The notes: a model not told the origin generated them from the sequence alone. Shown: positions 48,579 to 58,116, counted from the stretch's first letter. The stretch is DNA of 64,000 bases from Gemmatimonadaceae bacterium (GCA_051859245.1 JBHYGA010000004.1:224001-288000); one strand, 5' to 3'. Numbers and translations are program-made.

Positions 48579-50837
48579 CTAGCGCGCCACTGGCTGAAAA
48601 CGCGCCTGACCCGTTTGCCAGAGCAGGAATGACATGGTCTTCGCCGCCCACTCCGGCGACAGATAGAATAACTCGGCGTGTCCGCCCGGCGTTCGCGCCC
48701 AGACAATCGGACAATCACCGGTGTTCGCCGCTTGCAGCCGCGCCACAAACTTTCCCACCAGCATTTCGTTACCAAAGTTGTAGTCGTCCGACGCACTGTG
48801 CAGCAGCACCGCTGGCAACGTGATCCGCTCCGGTATCTGATAGTACGGTGACGACTTGAGCAGGCTGCGAATACCGGCTTCCGTTTCAAGATCACCGATT
48901 TCCGCAATGTTTCGCGCGGCGGTAGGATCGATCATGGAGCCACGAATCTCATCGGGCTGACCTACTTCGTAGAGCACCGCTCCGAGCAACTCCGGGCGCT
49001 GCGCGATCACCAGGCCGGGTATGTTGGCGCCGAAGGAAGTGCCTGTGATCACCACGCGTTTTGCCGACGTGTAGCGTTTGGCAATCAGCGCTTCAATCGC
49101 GCCGATCATGTCATCAATCGTGCGTTGTTTGTTCTCCCGCGTCGCGGCCTTGTGCCACGCATCCCCGCGTTCACCCCCGCCGCGTACGTGGGCGTAGGCA
49201 TAGACACCACCCTGCGACAGCCACGCCGTCACCTTCGGGTCAAATCGCGGGTCGGTGATTGTACCAAATCCGCCGTATGCTTCAATCAAGAGCGGCGCTG
49301 AACCGTCAAGCGTTGCCGTTGAACTGTCGTACACGATAGAAACAGGAACGAGCTCGCCGTCACGCGAAGGCGCTTCCAGCTGACTCGACACAACCTGTGC
49401 GCTCGATGTGGCCGAATAGCCGTCATCAATGCCGAGCGCGTTCACCTCGCCGTTTGACACGCGCAGCCAACGTGGTGTGGTGGCCCACGATTGCACGTTC
49501 AGCACGGCACCGGCCATCGTGGCGTTGCGTCGGAGCAGTGTAACGGTGCCCGATTCCGGCAGCGGCACCACGCGTGGGGACGTTTTTTCTGCCAACGCTC
49601 CCGGTGAAACCGCGGCGCCCACGTTTGTCGCCACGTGCAGCAGCGCAATCGCGCCTGCGTCGCGCTCCATGAAGTACAATCCGTCCGACTGCACGGAGAA
49701 TCCAGTGATCACACCGCGACGTTCGGCAATCACAGTTTCCCAGACAGTCGTGTCGGCTCCAGCGTCTCGTAACACGCGCCGCACAATCGAGCCGCGGTCT
49801 GCGTTTCGCCGCGAAATGGCGTACACCGTATCGCCGACCAACTGCGGAACACGAATCAAATCATCGAATGACGCAATGCGCGTCCACGTTAGCCCATTCG
49901 GCGCTGTATTGCGTGTCGCGTAATACTCCGTCCCGTTCTCGCGCGACCGAAAAATCGAGCCTACCATCCACTCCGTATTACTTCCGGTCAACACGCGTGT
50001 CGGCAGGTCAATCGGATCGAACGCGACCGATGAACTCACCCCGTATCCGAAAATCGGCACGTCGGCCGATTGCGGTGTGCCAATGCGATGCAGAAACTGA
50101 CGACCGCGCGCCAGTCGCTCGGCAGGCGGACCGTTCGCACTGCCCGGCCACTGCCTCGGATAAATGAAGCCGCTGTTATCGGGCAGCCACGTCACTTCAT
50201 AACGCGTGCCGCTGGTCGTCGTCAGCAGGTCGGGAATGTTGTCAGCCATCAGTGCGCCCGAGGCCGCATCGACCACGCTCAACGCTGCATTGGCATCACC
50301 ACGTTCCGTTGTGCCGAGCACGACAAAGCGCCCGTCCCACGACGGCGTAGACGCCCGCAGCGACGCACCGTTCCTCGCACTCGCCAGCGCCGAATCGGTA
50401 AGCAACGGGCGTTCAGTCGTTGTGCCGTTGTCGAGCGCAAACAGCGAAGGGTTCTCGCCGAACCATCGTTCGACAATCAGACGCGATGGCGTTTCGTGAA
50501 CATCACCGAGTGTTGGCAAGTCACTCATGCCCTGTTTGACGCGCGCTTCGAGGGAGTCTCTCCCCACGAGCCGCGCCATCACGGAATCAGTGTAGTGCTT
50601 CTGCGCCGTCAGCCATGCGCGCACGTCGGCATTGGTGGTGTCTTCCATCCAGCGCAGCGGATCGACTACCGGCACGCCGTGCATCGTATCCACGACAGGC
50701 ACAAATGGCACCGTCGCGGGCGGCGTGATCCCCGCGGGAACGACCGACATCTCAGCATCTGCAGGCGCACTCTCGTTGCACGCATTCATCAGCACTGCGC
50801 AGAGGCCGATCACACTCACATGAGTTGCGAGACGCAT
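48579..50837 (-). CDS. Prolyl oligopeptidase (S9A) family protein, lipoprotein-type signal
   Basis: DPLRWMED, SRDGELVP, AYGGFG, VRGGGERGDAWH, GTSFG nucleophile, GGH. Confidence 0.9.
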   Translation of the reverse strand: MRLATHVSVIGLCAVLMNACNESAPADAEMSVVPAGITPPATVPFVPVVDTMHGVPVVDPLRWMEDTTNADVRAWLTAQKHYTDSVMARLVGRDSLEARVKQGMSDLPTLGDVHETPSRLIVERWFGENPSLFALDNGTTTERPLLTDSALASARNGASLRASTPSWDGRFVVLGTTERGDANAALSVVDAASGALMADNIPDLLTTTSGTRYEVTWLPDNSGFIYPRQWPGSANGPPAERLARGRQFLHRIGTPQSADVPIFGYGVSSSVAFDPIDLPTRVLTGSNTEWMVGSIFRSRENGTEYYATRNTAPNGLTWTRIASFDDLIRVPQLVGDTVYAISRRNADRGSIVRRVLRDAGADTTVWETVIAERRGVITGFSVQSDGLYFMERDAGAIALLHVATNVGAAVSPGALAEKTSPRVVPLPESGTVTLLRRNATMAGAVLNVQSWATTPRWLRVSNGEVNALGIDDGYSATSSAQVVSSQLEAPSRDGELVPVSIVYDSSTATLDGSAPLLIEAYGGFGTITDPRFDPKVTAWLSQGGVYAYAHVRGGGERGDAWHKAATRENKQRTIDDMIGAIEALIAKRYTSAKRVVITGTSFGANIPGLVIAQRPELLGAVLYEVGQPDEIRGSMIDPTAARNIAEIGDLETEAGIRSLLKSSPYYQIPERITLPAVLLHSASDDYNFGNEMLVGKFVARLQAANTGDCPIVWARTPGGHAELFYLSPEWAAKTMSFLLWQTGQARFQPVAR

Positions 50838-51077
50838 TGATCACACTCTCATCAGGGTTAACACTGCAGCGGCACTGGAGCGAGCGGGAAACGGCGAAGG
50901 TCAAGCGTTACGTTTCGTACGCACAAGGAAGGTGACGTGCATCACACGACAATGCGCTTTCGCCGTTGCGCCCGCCATAGGGCAAGTCGCAGTTTGGGAT
51001 GGCGCGGCCAAGATGCCGCCGCTTACGAATGCGCGTGAACGCCGCGCGTTCGGCTCCCCCAGACAGGACGTACTTCC

Positions 51078-51482
51078 ATGGGACTGTTCAGCAAGATTCT
51101 CTCGAAGCTTGGCATCGGCGACGACAAAACGACCGCGCCCGCCGCCGCAGCGCCCGCCGCCGCAGCGCCTGCCGCTGCCCCCGTGCCAGGACGCACGACA
51201 CCAGATCCGTCCGTCGCGATTCGGGTCGTCAATGTTGAAGAGAAGCTCGAAGCAATGGCCAAGGCCAATCCACAGGAGCTCAACTGGCGCACATCCATCG
51301 TGGACCTGCTCAAGCTGCTCGATCTCGATAGCAGCTTTGCGGCACGCAAGGAGTTGGCGGTTGAACTCGATTGCCCGGATGAACTCATGAAAGATTCCGC
51401 GAGCATGAATATCTGGTTGCACAAGCAGGTGCTGTCGAAAATCGCGGCCAATGGTGGCTACATCCCGCACGATCTGTACTGA
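51078..51482 (+). CDS. DUF3597 family protein
   Basis: LNWRTSIVDLLKLLDLDSS, DSASMNIWLHKQV, NGG. Confidence 0.92.
   Translation: MGLFSKILSKLGIGDDKTTAPAAAAPAAAAPAAAPVPGRTTPDPSVAIRVVNVEEKLEAMAKANPQELNWRTSIVDLLKLLDLDSSFAARKELAVELDCPDELMKDSASMNIWLHKQVLSKIAANGGYIPHDLY
51134..51178 (+). repeat. 15-bp tandem repeat x3 encoding an APAAA linker
   Basis: GCGCCCGCCGCCGCA twice plus one degenerate copy inside the DUF3597 gene; edges approximate. Confidence 0.7.
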
Positions 51483-51533
51483 ACGATTGCAAAGCGCTCG
51501 CCGGTGGCCGCGTACACGGTCATCAGCGAGCGC

Positions 51534-52991
51534 TTACGCAAACGCCTTCTTGATGCGGTTGATCGTCATCGGTTGCTCAAAGTAGTTGCAGTGCCACACA
51601 CCGCTTTTGTCACCAAAGCGGTATGTGCGCCCATCAGCAATCGCACCACGCACAGGTCCAAGATCGGTCATGCTCGCGGTGTCCACGACCAGATCATTCG
51701 CTTCGGGAAAAATGCGATCTGCTGCCGTGTCGGCCGCAGTTGATTTGCGAAAGTATTTCCAGAACGCGAGACCGGGATCATCTGTCTCGTAGTTGGTGAG
51801 CACCGCATTGTACTCGGCACGCACCACGCCCGCGTGATCACGCAGTCGCGACAGCTCAGCGTTATTCGACACCATGGACTGTCCCTGCAATCCCGGAATC
51901 AGCGCAACAGCTGCATCGATTGATCCGCGTTTGCCAAGATTGTCAATCGGCGGAATCGAAAACTTCTCTTTAGCGCGCCCACCCAGGAACTCGAGCATCG
52001 CAAATCCGGCTGTTGCGAACGGATGCGCTTTGGCCGCTACACCCAGGGTCTTCGACAACAAGCCACCAATGTTCGTGAGCAGACTCACCAGCGGCTGAAT
52101 CTTGTCTGGCGCCGCGAGACTGGTGCCGGCCAGCGGTGTGCCCGCCAGAAACACGCGCACCGTTGCACCCGACTCGGCGAGCGCGTGACCCAGCACTTCC
52201 AGCCACCAGCTCACCACCACTCCGCCGCGACTGTGCGCAATCACATCGAGTTGTCCGCTCGTGGCGCCCATTGTGCGCGCCAGGTCGAGCGCATTCACCC
52301 ACGGGCTGACCGACAACGTGTGGTGTTCAAAACACACGACCTGGTCATAGTCGCCGTTAATGGCCGCCGACAACCACTGTTTGCCGGTTGACGCGGTACC
52401 CAAACCGGAAATAATGCTGGTGGCGTGCGAGAACGTGCCGTGGACAATCAGCAGCGTTTTGCCTGTGAACGGACCGCGCACGGCGGGTCCCGCTGCAAAC
52501 GTTCCATCCGCGTGTTGCACCACCCTGCGCAATCCCATCTTGCTATCGGGGTTCAAACGCTCGTCGACCTGCGCCAACCGTTCCATGTATTGGTTGGGCT
52601 CAAGCCGAGGCATGCGCACACGCGCGAGTTCTTCATTCCACGGACGTGGTGTGATCGTGATACGATTGCGACGACTTGCCCGTGCACGTCGCGTTACGGC
52701 GCTCGGTGAACGCACAGCTGCCACGTCATCGGCCGAACGCCAGAGCAACACACCGTCGGCATTTTCAACCAACACATACTCGGCGTGGTACGCATCGCGC
52801 TGAGCGGACAACGAGGCACGACGTCGCCGCACCAGCTGCGGGGATGGCTCGCCGTCAAACGGATCATCGGCGGCGCGCAGGTTCGATGTGGCCACATCGT
52901 GCTGGTCCGCTTCGGCAAGCACGGTGTGCAGCGTATCGAGCACACCCGCGTGCCGCACCGAGGCCGGACGATCATCGTGCGTGGTGGCCAT
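51534..52991 (-). CDS. Lipase/esterase-type alpha/beta hydrolase with Arg-rich N-terminal extension (paralogue 2)
   Basis: IVHGTFS, IAHSRGG, GTPLAGT, ANDLVVDT, WHCNYF: Ser-Asp-His triad candidates present. Confidence 0.85.
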   Translation of the reverse strand: MATTHDDRPASVRHAGVLDTLHTVLAEADQHDVATSNLRAADDPFDGEPSPQLVRRRRASLSAQRDAYHAEYVLVENADGVLLWRSADDVAAVRSPSAVTRRARASRRNRITITPRPWNEELARVRMPRLEPNQYMERLAQVDERLNPDSKMGLRRVVQHADGTFAAGPAVRGPFTGKTLLIVHGTFSHATSIISGLGTASTGKQWLSAAINGDYDQVVCFEHHTLSVSPWVNALDLARTMGATSGQLDVIAHSRGGVVVSWWLEVLGHALAESGATVRVFLAGTPLAGTSLAAPDKIQPLVSLLTNIGGLLSKTLGVAAKAHPFATAGFAMLEFLGGRAKEKFSIPPIDNLGKRGSIDAAVALIPGLQGQSMVSNNAELSRLRDHAGVVRAEYNAVLTNYETDDPGLAFWKYFRKSTAADTAADRIFPEANDLVVDTASMTDLGPVRGAIADGRTYRFGDKSGVWHCNYFEQPMTINRIKKAFA

Positions 52992-52993
52992 GG

Positions 52994-55567
52994 TCAGCGC
53001 TCACCCGCAATAATCGGCAGCGGGGTGACAGGCGGCGACGACCGGCGCGCCACGCGAATGTCGAGCAGCGAATCGAATGCGTTGCGGTCGGCCAGATTGT
53101 CGAGCCCTTCCTGTTGCGCCTGCGCAAAGGGATAACCAAAACACAGTCCGGTTGACTCGAGCAGGCACAGCGCGTCGGCGCGAACATACCCCTGCAACTC
53201 ATCGTAGCCCTGCGGCCCCACGCGCCATCCGTACGGATCCACCAGTTCAATGCGACCAGAACGAAACGCCGACTCACCAAGTGATCGTACGCGACCTTCA
53301 GGTGGACGGGCCACTGTCATGAACTCCTCCTGGTACGCGTCAGCGCGCCAGTAGCCGACAAAACAGTGTCCGGTGATCAGTACGAGACACGCGTGGATCT
53401 CTACATATTCAAGACACGCGGCAAGCAGCAGCGACAAGTCAATACAAGTGCCGCTCGACGTGTGCAACAACTCACTTGGCGTGCGCAACCGCTGTCCACC
53501 GCGCGAATACGCCGGTGGTGGATTGATGTACAGCAGCTTGCGATCGTTCACCAGCGCGGTCCAGATCGCCTGCACCTGCAAATCAGTCCGATCGGTCGCG
53601 TGCGCACCGCCGTCGGGATCGTCGACCTGCTGATAGCCGTCAAAACCGGCGTTCGTATCATCAGTCAGCGCCACCAGATATTTGCGTGCTTCGCCAATAA
53701 TGCGTGCGATCGCCGGATCGCGCGGCAGCACGAATGACGGCAACCACGGATTGTTCTTGGAATCGTCGTACCATTCGTCTACCGGTAGCAGCGCTACGCG
53801 ATGCGTGTCTTCATGAGCCACTCGGCCTTCCCACGTCACGCGGGTGTACACCGTGGTGTGCGTGCGCTCATGCAATGAACGCAGCAGCGGTGCGGTCAGC
53901 GGAAGCGTGACCGCATCGGCGAGCGCCACGTGCGGTTCACTCAGGCTCAGTGTTCTGCGGAACTGCTGTACCACGCCACCGGCCTCAAGCTCCACTTCCA
54001 CGCGCACATCATCGAGATCGTGATCAACTAGTTTGCTCAGCGTAAACGTCTTGAGCGCACTGCGCCGGTTGTGCAGCAGTGAATAGTTGATCTCGGACGG
54101 CACATCGACATCAACCGCGAGTACCTCTGACACGCGCTGCTCGCGCGAACGTTGGAGCTCGGCCTTCAATGCGGCCTGATCCGCATCATCGTCAGTGCTG
54201 AATGTGACCGCAGGATCGTCCGCGCGTGCAGCGATGGCCTTGTTGATTTCTTCAACCGGCTCGCACGTGCACATCCACAGCACAATGCCGGTGCCGTGCA
54301 GGTCGTGCCCTTGCTCATCCAACTGTACCCACGCGCGTCCAAACGCTTCCGCGAGCGCGGTGAGCGTGGTCGCATCCTGGCACTCGCGATAGAACACGGT
54401 GAAGAAGTACTCAGCGACTTCGTCGGGAATCGTATCGAGAAAGCCAATGCTGACCTGCGCACCACGACGCAACATTTCCGGTGCCGTGTGTGCGCCGGAG
54501 TAGTGCAGGTTCAGCGTCACCAGCGCGGGTGGCGTTTTGCCAGTGGGAATCAATGCCTCGGCCAGGTCGACCGCGCTCACTACTTGTTCACGTGCGGTCT
54601 GCTGGAATACGCCGTCGGCGGTCATCCCTGGTTCAGCGCGTCGCACTTCTCGCGCCATGAGCATGCCACCGGGCTGTACGCGCGCCGGATCGGCATAGAG
54701 ATCGGGAATCAACGCGGCCGCCTGAATCGGATCCACACCGCTCACATGCACGAAGTGCGAATCGTTGGCCGGCAACGCGTTCATGTACGCGGCCAGCGCC
54801 GAGTGGGTCGAACGCGGTGGTGCGGTGTGGTGCGTTCGGTCAGAAGGCGGAAACACCATGTTGCTGGTGTCATTTGCGCCTACGGCGTGGCCGAGCCGCA
54901 GAATTTCGGAATCAAAGCTGTACACATCGCCAATGCGCCCGGGAGCAGACGTGACAATGGTCAATGTGCCCGCGCCCACTTCATCAGGGTGCGGTGGACG
55001 TCCGTCTGCGAGACACCGGGTAATCAGAACGCCCTGCGTGCGCCCGAGACAGCGTGTCGCCGCGCTCAATACGTATTCCCACGGAAACGCAAACGCGGCT
55101 TCGACCACATCGCGGGCGTGGTCCGCATCATGAAACGCATGACCTGCAATGCTGGAGTCGGCTAGCACCACTTGCAGTCGCTCCGAGGTGGCGAGTTGCC
55201 GCATAACGTCGGCGTCGAAACCGAGCAGCGACAGGGCTTCAACCGCGTACTCGCTGATCACCGCGCGCAGATCGGGATCGTGCGCCCAACGACTGCGCAT
55301 GCGCAGTGTGTAGCTCCAGTCCGCGCTCAAGCGAAGGATCTGGTGCGAGGCTTCGGGTGAACAATCGAATGACGCATGCGCGCCACGCAGTTGAACGAGC
55401 GGCGGCGGCTCGTGAAACTGAGCGGTTGTCGCACGTGCGTCTGTTCGCGACGTTCTCGAACCCGCCGCGCGCGACGTTGATTTGCGCGCGGCTTTTTTCG
55501 ACGCGGATTTTTTTGCGACTTGTTTTGAAGGCGCGCGCTTGCTCGGGGCTTTTTTGCTCGGGCTCAT
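52994..55567 (-). CDS. Fusion of a degenerate CHAT (caspase-like) domain and a transglutaminase-like Cys-His domain
   Basis: FPWEYVL, VHVSGVD, LVTLNLHYS, IGFLDTIPDEVAEYFFTVFY; then YINPPP..GQRLRTP, GTCIDLSLL, GHCFVGYW, ESTG. Confidence 0.8.
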   Translation of the reverse strand: MSPSKKAPSKRAPSKQVAKKSASKKAARKSTSRAAGSRTSRTDARATTAQFHEPPPLVQLRGAHASFDCSPEASHQILRLSADWSYTLRMRSRWAHDPDLRAVISEYAVEALSLLGFDADVMRQLATSERLQVVLADSSIAGHAFHDADHARDVVEAAFAFPWEYVLSAATRCLGRTQGVLITRCLADGRPPHPDEVGAGTLTIVTSAPGRIGDVYSFDSEILRLGHAVGANDTSNMVFPPSDRTHHTAPPRSTHSALAAYMNALPANDSHFVHVSGVDPIQAAALIPDLYADPARVQPGGMLMAREVRRAEPGMTADGVFQQTAREQVVSAVDLAEALIPTGKTPPALVTLNLHYSGAHTAPEMLRRGAQVSIGFLDTIPDEVAEYFFTVFYRECQDATTLTALAEAFGRAWVQLDEQGHDLHGTGIVLWMCTCEPVEEINKAIAARADDPAVTFSTDDDADQAALKAELQRSREQRVSEVLAVDVDVPSEINYSLLHNRRSALKTFTLSKLVDHDLDDVRVEVELEAGGVVQQFRRTLSLSEPHVALADAVTLPLTAPLLRSLHERTHTTVYTRVTWEGRVAHEDTHRVALLPVDEWYDDSKNNPWLPSFVLPRDPAIARIIGEARKYLVALTDDTNAGFDGYQQVDDPDGGAHATDRTDLQVQAIWTALVNDRKLLYINPPPAYSRGGQRLRTPSELLHTSSGTCIDLSLLLAACLEYVEIHACLVLITGHCFVGYWRADAYQEEFMTVARPPEGRVRSLGESAFRSGRIELVDPYGWRVGPQGYDELQGYVRADALCLLESTGLCFGYPFAQAQQEGLDNLADRNAFDSLLDIRVARRSSPPVTPLPIIAGER

Positions 55568-55613
55568 AGTGCGTCGGTGCGAGGACGTGTCACAGGAGTT
55601 GGCGGGCGATTCA

Positions 55614-57419
55614 TCAGGCGGGAATGTTCAGCAACGCGCCGCCACTGCGGTCTGCCGATTGTCGGCGGCGGCTGAGAATGGCTCGACGCCCCCGTCTTAC
55701 CGACGCAAGCGCTGACAGCGCTGGTGCGACCTCCGACTCGCCGTCAATCAGCCAGTGGCGCAGCTGCGCAATGATGTCAGGGTCGCGAAAGCACGTGGTG
55801 TGCATCGTGCGTCCGTTCTGTGGCAGCGCGAGCGTACGCTGCACATCAATCGGCAGGCCTGCCACCGTCGCCATCGAGCTCGTGTTCACCACTAAATCGT
55901 TCGCCTGACGCATCTGTGCGTCCATGGCCAGATCCCACAGCTTGAGCTTGAGCGCCGACGGCATCGCTTCGCTCGCGTCTTCTGCGCCGGCGCCATTGGG
56001 TTCATAGTCGTTGCTGACGGCGTGATATGTTTGCACGCGCGTTGCTGGCGGTGGTGACGTGTTTAGATCCTTCACGACCTGCTGCTGCGGATCCATCGCG
56101 GCGAGTCCAGGCACCGCTTCGCTGTCGAGCAGTGCGGTGGCAAGAAACCGAACAAGCGCGGCCACTCCGCGCGCAACCGTTTCAACCCACACGGCCGCAA
56201 CCGCCGCTGGTGGCAATGCCGTCGCAACGCCACGACACGCCGCCACCGCGAGATTTGTCATCACCGTGACCAGTGTATTCCACTGCGCGCGTTGTGCGAG
56301 CAGTGTGCCTGCGAGTGTAGACGCCACAAAAACCACACGTGCGAATGCGTCGGACCAACGTGTGCCCGGCACGAGCTGCTCGAGCAGCGTTCGTGTCACG
56401 AGGCCACCGCGACTGAACGCGATCACATCGATCACCGGACGGGTTGTGCCCGGCGGAAATGCGCGATCAAGCGCGTCCAGAATGGCTTGCGCGTTCTGCG
56501 CTGGTGTTTCGCTGAGTGTGCGGTGATTCCAGCCGAGAATGTGGTCGTACTGTTCGTGCATGGCGTGCAGCAGGGCCACGCCGGGCACGGTGAACCCGAG
56601 TCCGCCAAAGGAACCCACGGTTGAACTGAAGGTGCCGTGCACCAGCAGTAGCACACGCGGCGCGGCGCCGGGGAGCGTGGTTACTGGTGGCAGCGTAAAG
56701 CGCTCACCGAGAGTGGTCCATTCGGAGGGCACGGTAGACGCCACGCGCACAAGTCCGGCAGACACGCCTTTTTCGAGATGCTTGATCAACAGCCCGGTCA
56801 CCTTGCGGCGAATGAACTTGAAGAGCCATCCCCCAACGGCGCGCAGCACACTCGAGACGCGCCGGCGACGTGTGGTGTGCGTACTGCGCGTGGCAGGTGT
56901 CTGTGCCGCCGTGATGTTGAAGTGCGCGATGCGAGTAGCGGTGCGCGCGGCTGTTGACGCGCGTGGGCCATTCTCGCGTTGGCGTGTCGCGCGCTTGCGA
57001 GCCGCGCGACGTTGGTCCGTTGGTGCGTTACTCACGCGCGTGCCATCGGCGAACACCCAGTCGAGTTCACCGAACTCGTCGACGGTGAGGACAACTGCGT
57101 CTTCATCATCGGCGAGTTCAACGTCGACGGTGGTGGCTTGCATCGCGCCTGGCAGCACCGACGCACGTCGCGCACTCATGCCCGGACGACGCGGCCGAGG
57201 TGCGACCGTAAAGTTGGTCACGAGCTCAAAGCCCTGTCCTTCAAGTTCACGCAACAGGCGCGTGAGATCTTCTTCGGGCGGCGCGGCGCGGATCGTGCCG
57301 CGCGCCCGACGTTTGCGCGCGTCACCGCGCGGCGTGTTGCGCAACTGCGTGCCTGGCAACACGGCCACAGTCGCAGCGTGGTGCACGGTGACTCCGTTGC
57401 CCATCGAATGGCTCGGCAT
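55614..57419 (-). CDS. Lipase/esterase-type alpha/beta hydrolase with Arg-rich N-terminal extension (paralogue 1)
   Basis: LVHGTFSST, IAFSRGG, STLAGT, ANDLVVNT, MHTTCF. Confidence 0.85.
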   Translation of the reverse strand: MPSHSMGNGVTVHHAATVAVLPGTQLRNTPRGDARKRRARGTIRAAPPEEDLTRLLRELEGQGFELVTNFTVAPRPRRPGMSARRASVLPGAMQATTVDVELADDEDAVVLTVDEFGELDWVFADGTRVSNAPTDQRRAARKRATRQRENGPRASTAARTATRIAHFNITAAQTPATRSTHTTRRRRVSSVLRAVGGWLFKFIRRKVTGLLIKHLEKGVSAGLVRVASTVPSEWTTLGERFTLPPVTTLPGAAPRVLLLVHGTFSSTVGSFGGLGFTVPGVALLHAMHEQYDHILGWNHRTLSETPAQNAQAILDALDRAFPPGTTRPVIDVIAFSRGGLVTRTLLEQLVPGTRWSDAFARVVFVASTLAGTLLAQRAQWNTLVTVMTNLAVAACRGVATALPPAAVAAVWVETVARGVAALVRFLATALLDSEAVPGLAAMDPQQQVVKDLNTSPPPATRVQTYHAVSNDYEPNGAGAEDASEAMPSALKLKLWDLAMDAQMRQANDLVVNTSSMATVAGLPIDVQRTLALPQNGRTMHTTCFRDPDIIAQLRHWLIDGESEVAPALSALASVRRGRRAILSRRRQSADRSGGALLNIPA

Positions 57420-57558
57420 GTGTGCCCGACGTCTGAGAATTGAGCGACGCGCGGTCGTACTGCGCAGCGTGATCCATATTTCAGACTACGATGAAGCGTG
57501 AGAGCGGGCCGTGCAAGCGAGCTGGGCTTTACCTGCTGGCGTTGTCGCGAACGCTCGG

Positions 57559-58116
57559 CTAGTGCCAGGTCAGCGAAATACCCACCTGATTGAAGTTCGC
57601 ACCGTTGCCATCAAACGACCCACCAACGCCGTTGATGAACGGTGTAATGCTAAAGTTGCGCGCCACACGCCAGTCGTAGCCAAGACCAAGGATCGCCGAG
57701 GTGCCCTCTTCGCTCACGCTGATGTTGCCACTACTGGCTTCAAGACTGCCAATTCCGAGTCCGCCTTGCACGAAGAATCCACCAGTGGCGGACGGGTAGA
57801 ACTTCGCCAGCGCCATCACGCCGCTCTGGGTGAAGGTCACGCCGTCCACGTCTTTCGACCACGCATTGATTGACGCACCCAGCTGCAAACGCTGCGACAG
57901 GCTGCCGCCGAGCGCGAGTTGCGCGGTGCCGCCGCCCTCTCGAGAATCACAGTCGTCGCAGCCGAAACTTCCGCCGCCAATGCCAACGGTAATCCAGAAG
58001 CCTTCACGGACCTGTGGTTTGCTTTGGGCAGCGAGCACGGTGCTCGTGAAGAGCACAGCGCTGCTGGCGAGTACGGTGGTGGTGAGCAGTCGACGCGCGC
58101 GGTTCGTGAAGGACAT
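57559..58116 (-). CDS. Small outer-membrane beta-barrel protein
   Basis: Signal peptide, about eight amphipathic strands, GLGYDW, ends ISLTWH. ATG at 58116. Confidence 0.82.
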   Translation of the reverse strand: MSFTNRARRLLTTTVLASSAVLFTSTVLAAQSKPQVREGFWITVGIGGGSFGCDDCDSREGGGTAQLALGGSLSQRLQLGASINAWSKDVDGVTFTQSGVMALAKFYPSATGGFFVQGGLGIGSLEASSGNISVSEEGTSAILGLGYDWRVARNFSITPFINGVGGSFDGNGANFNQVGISLTWH

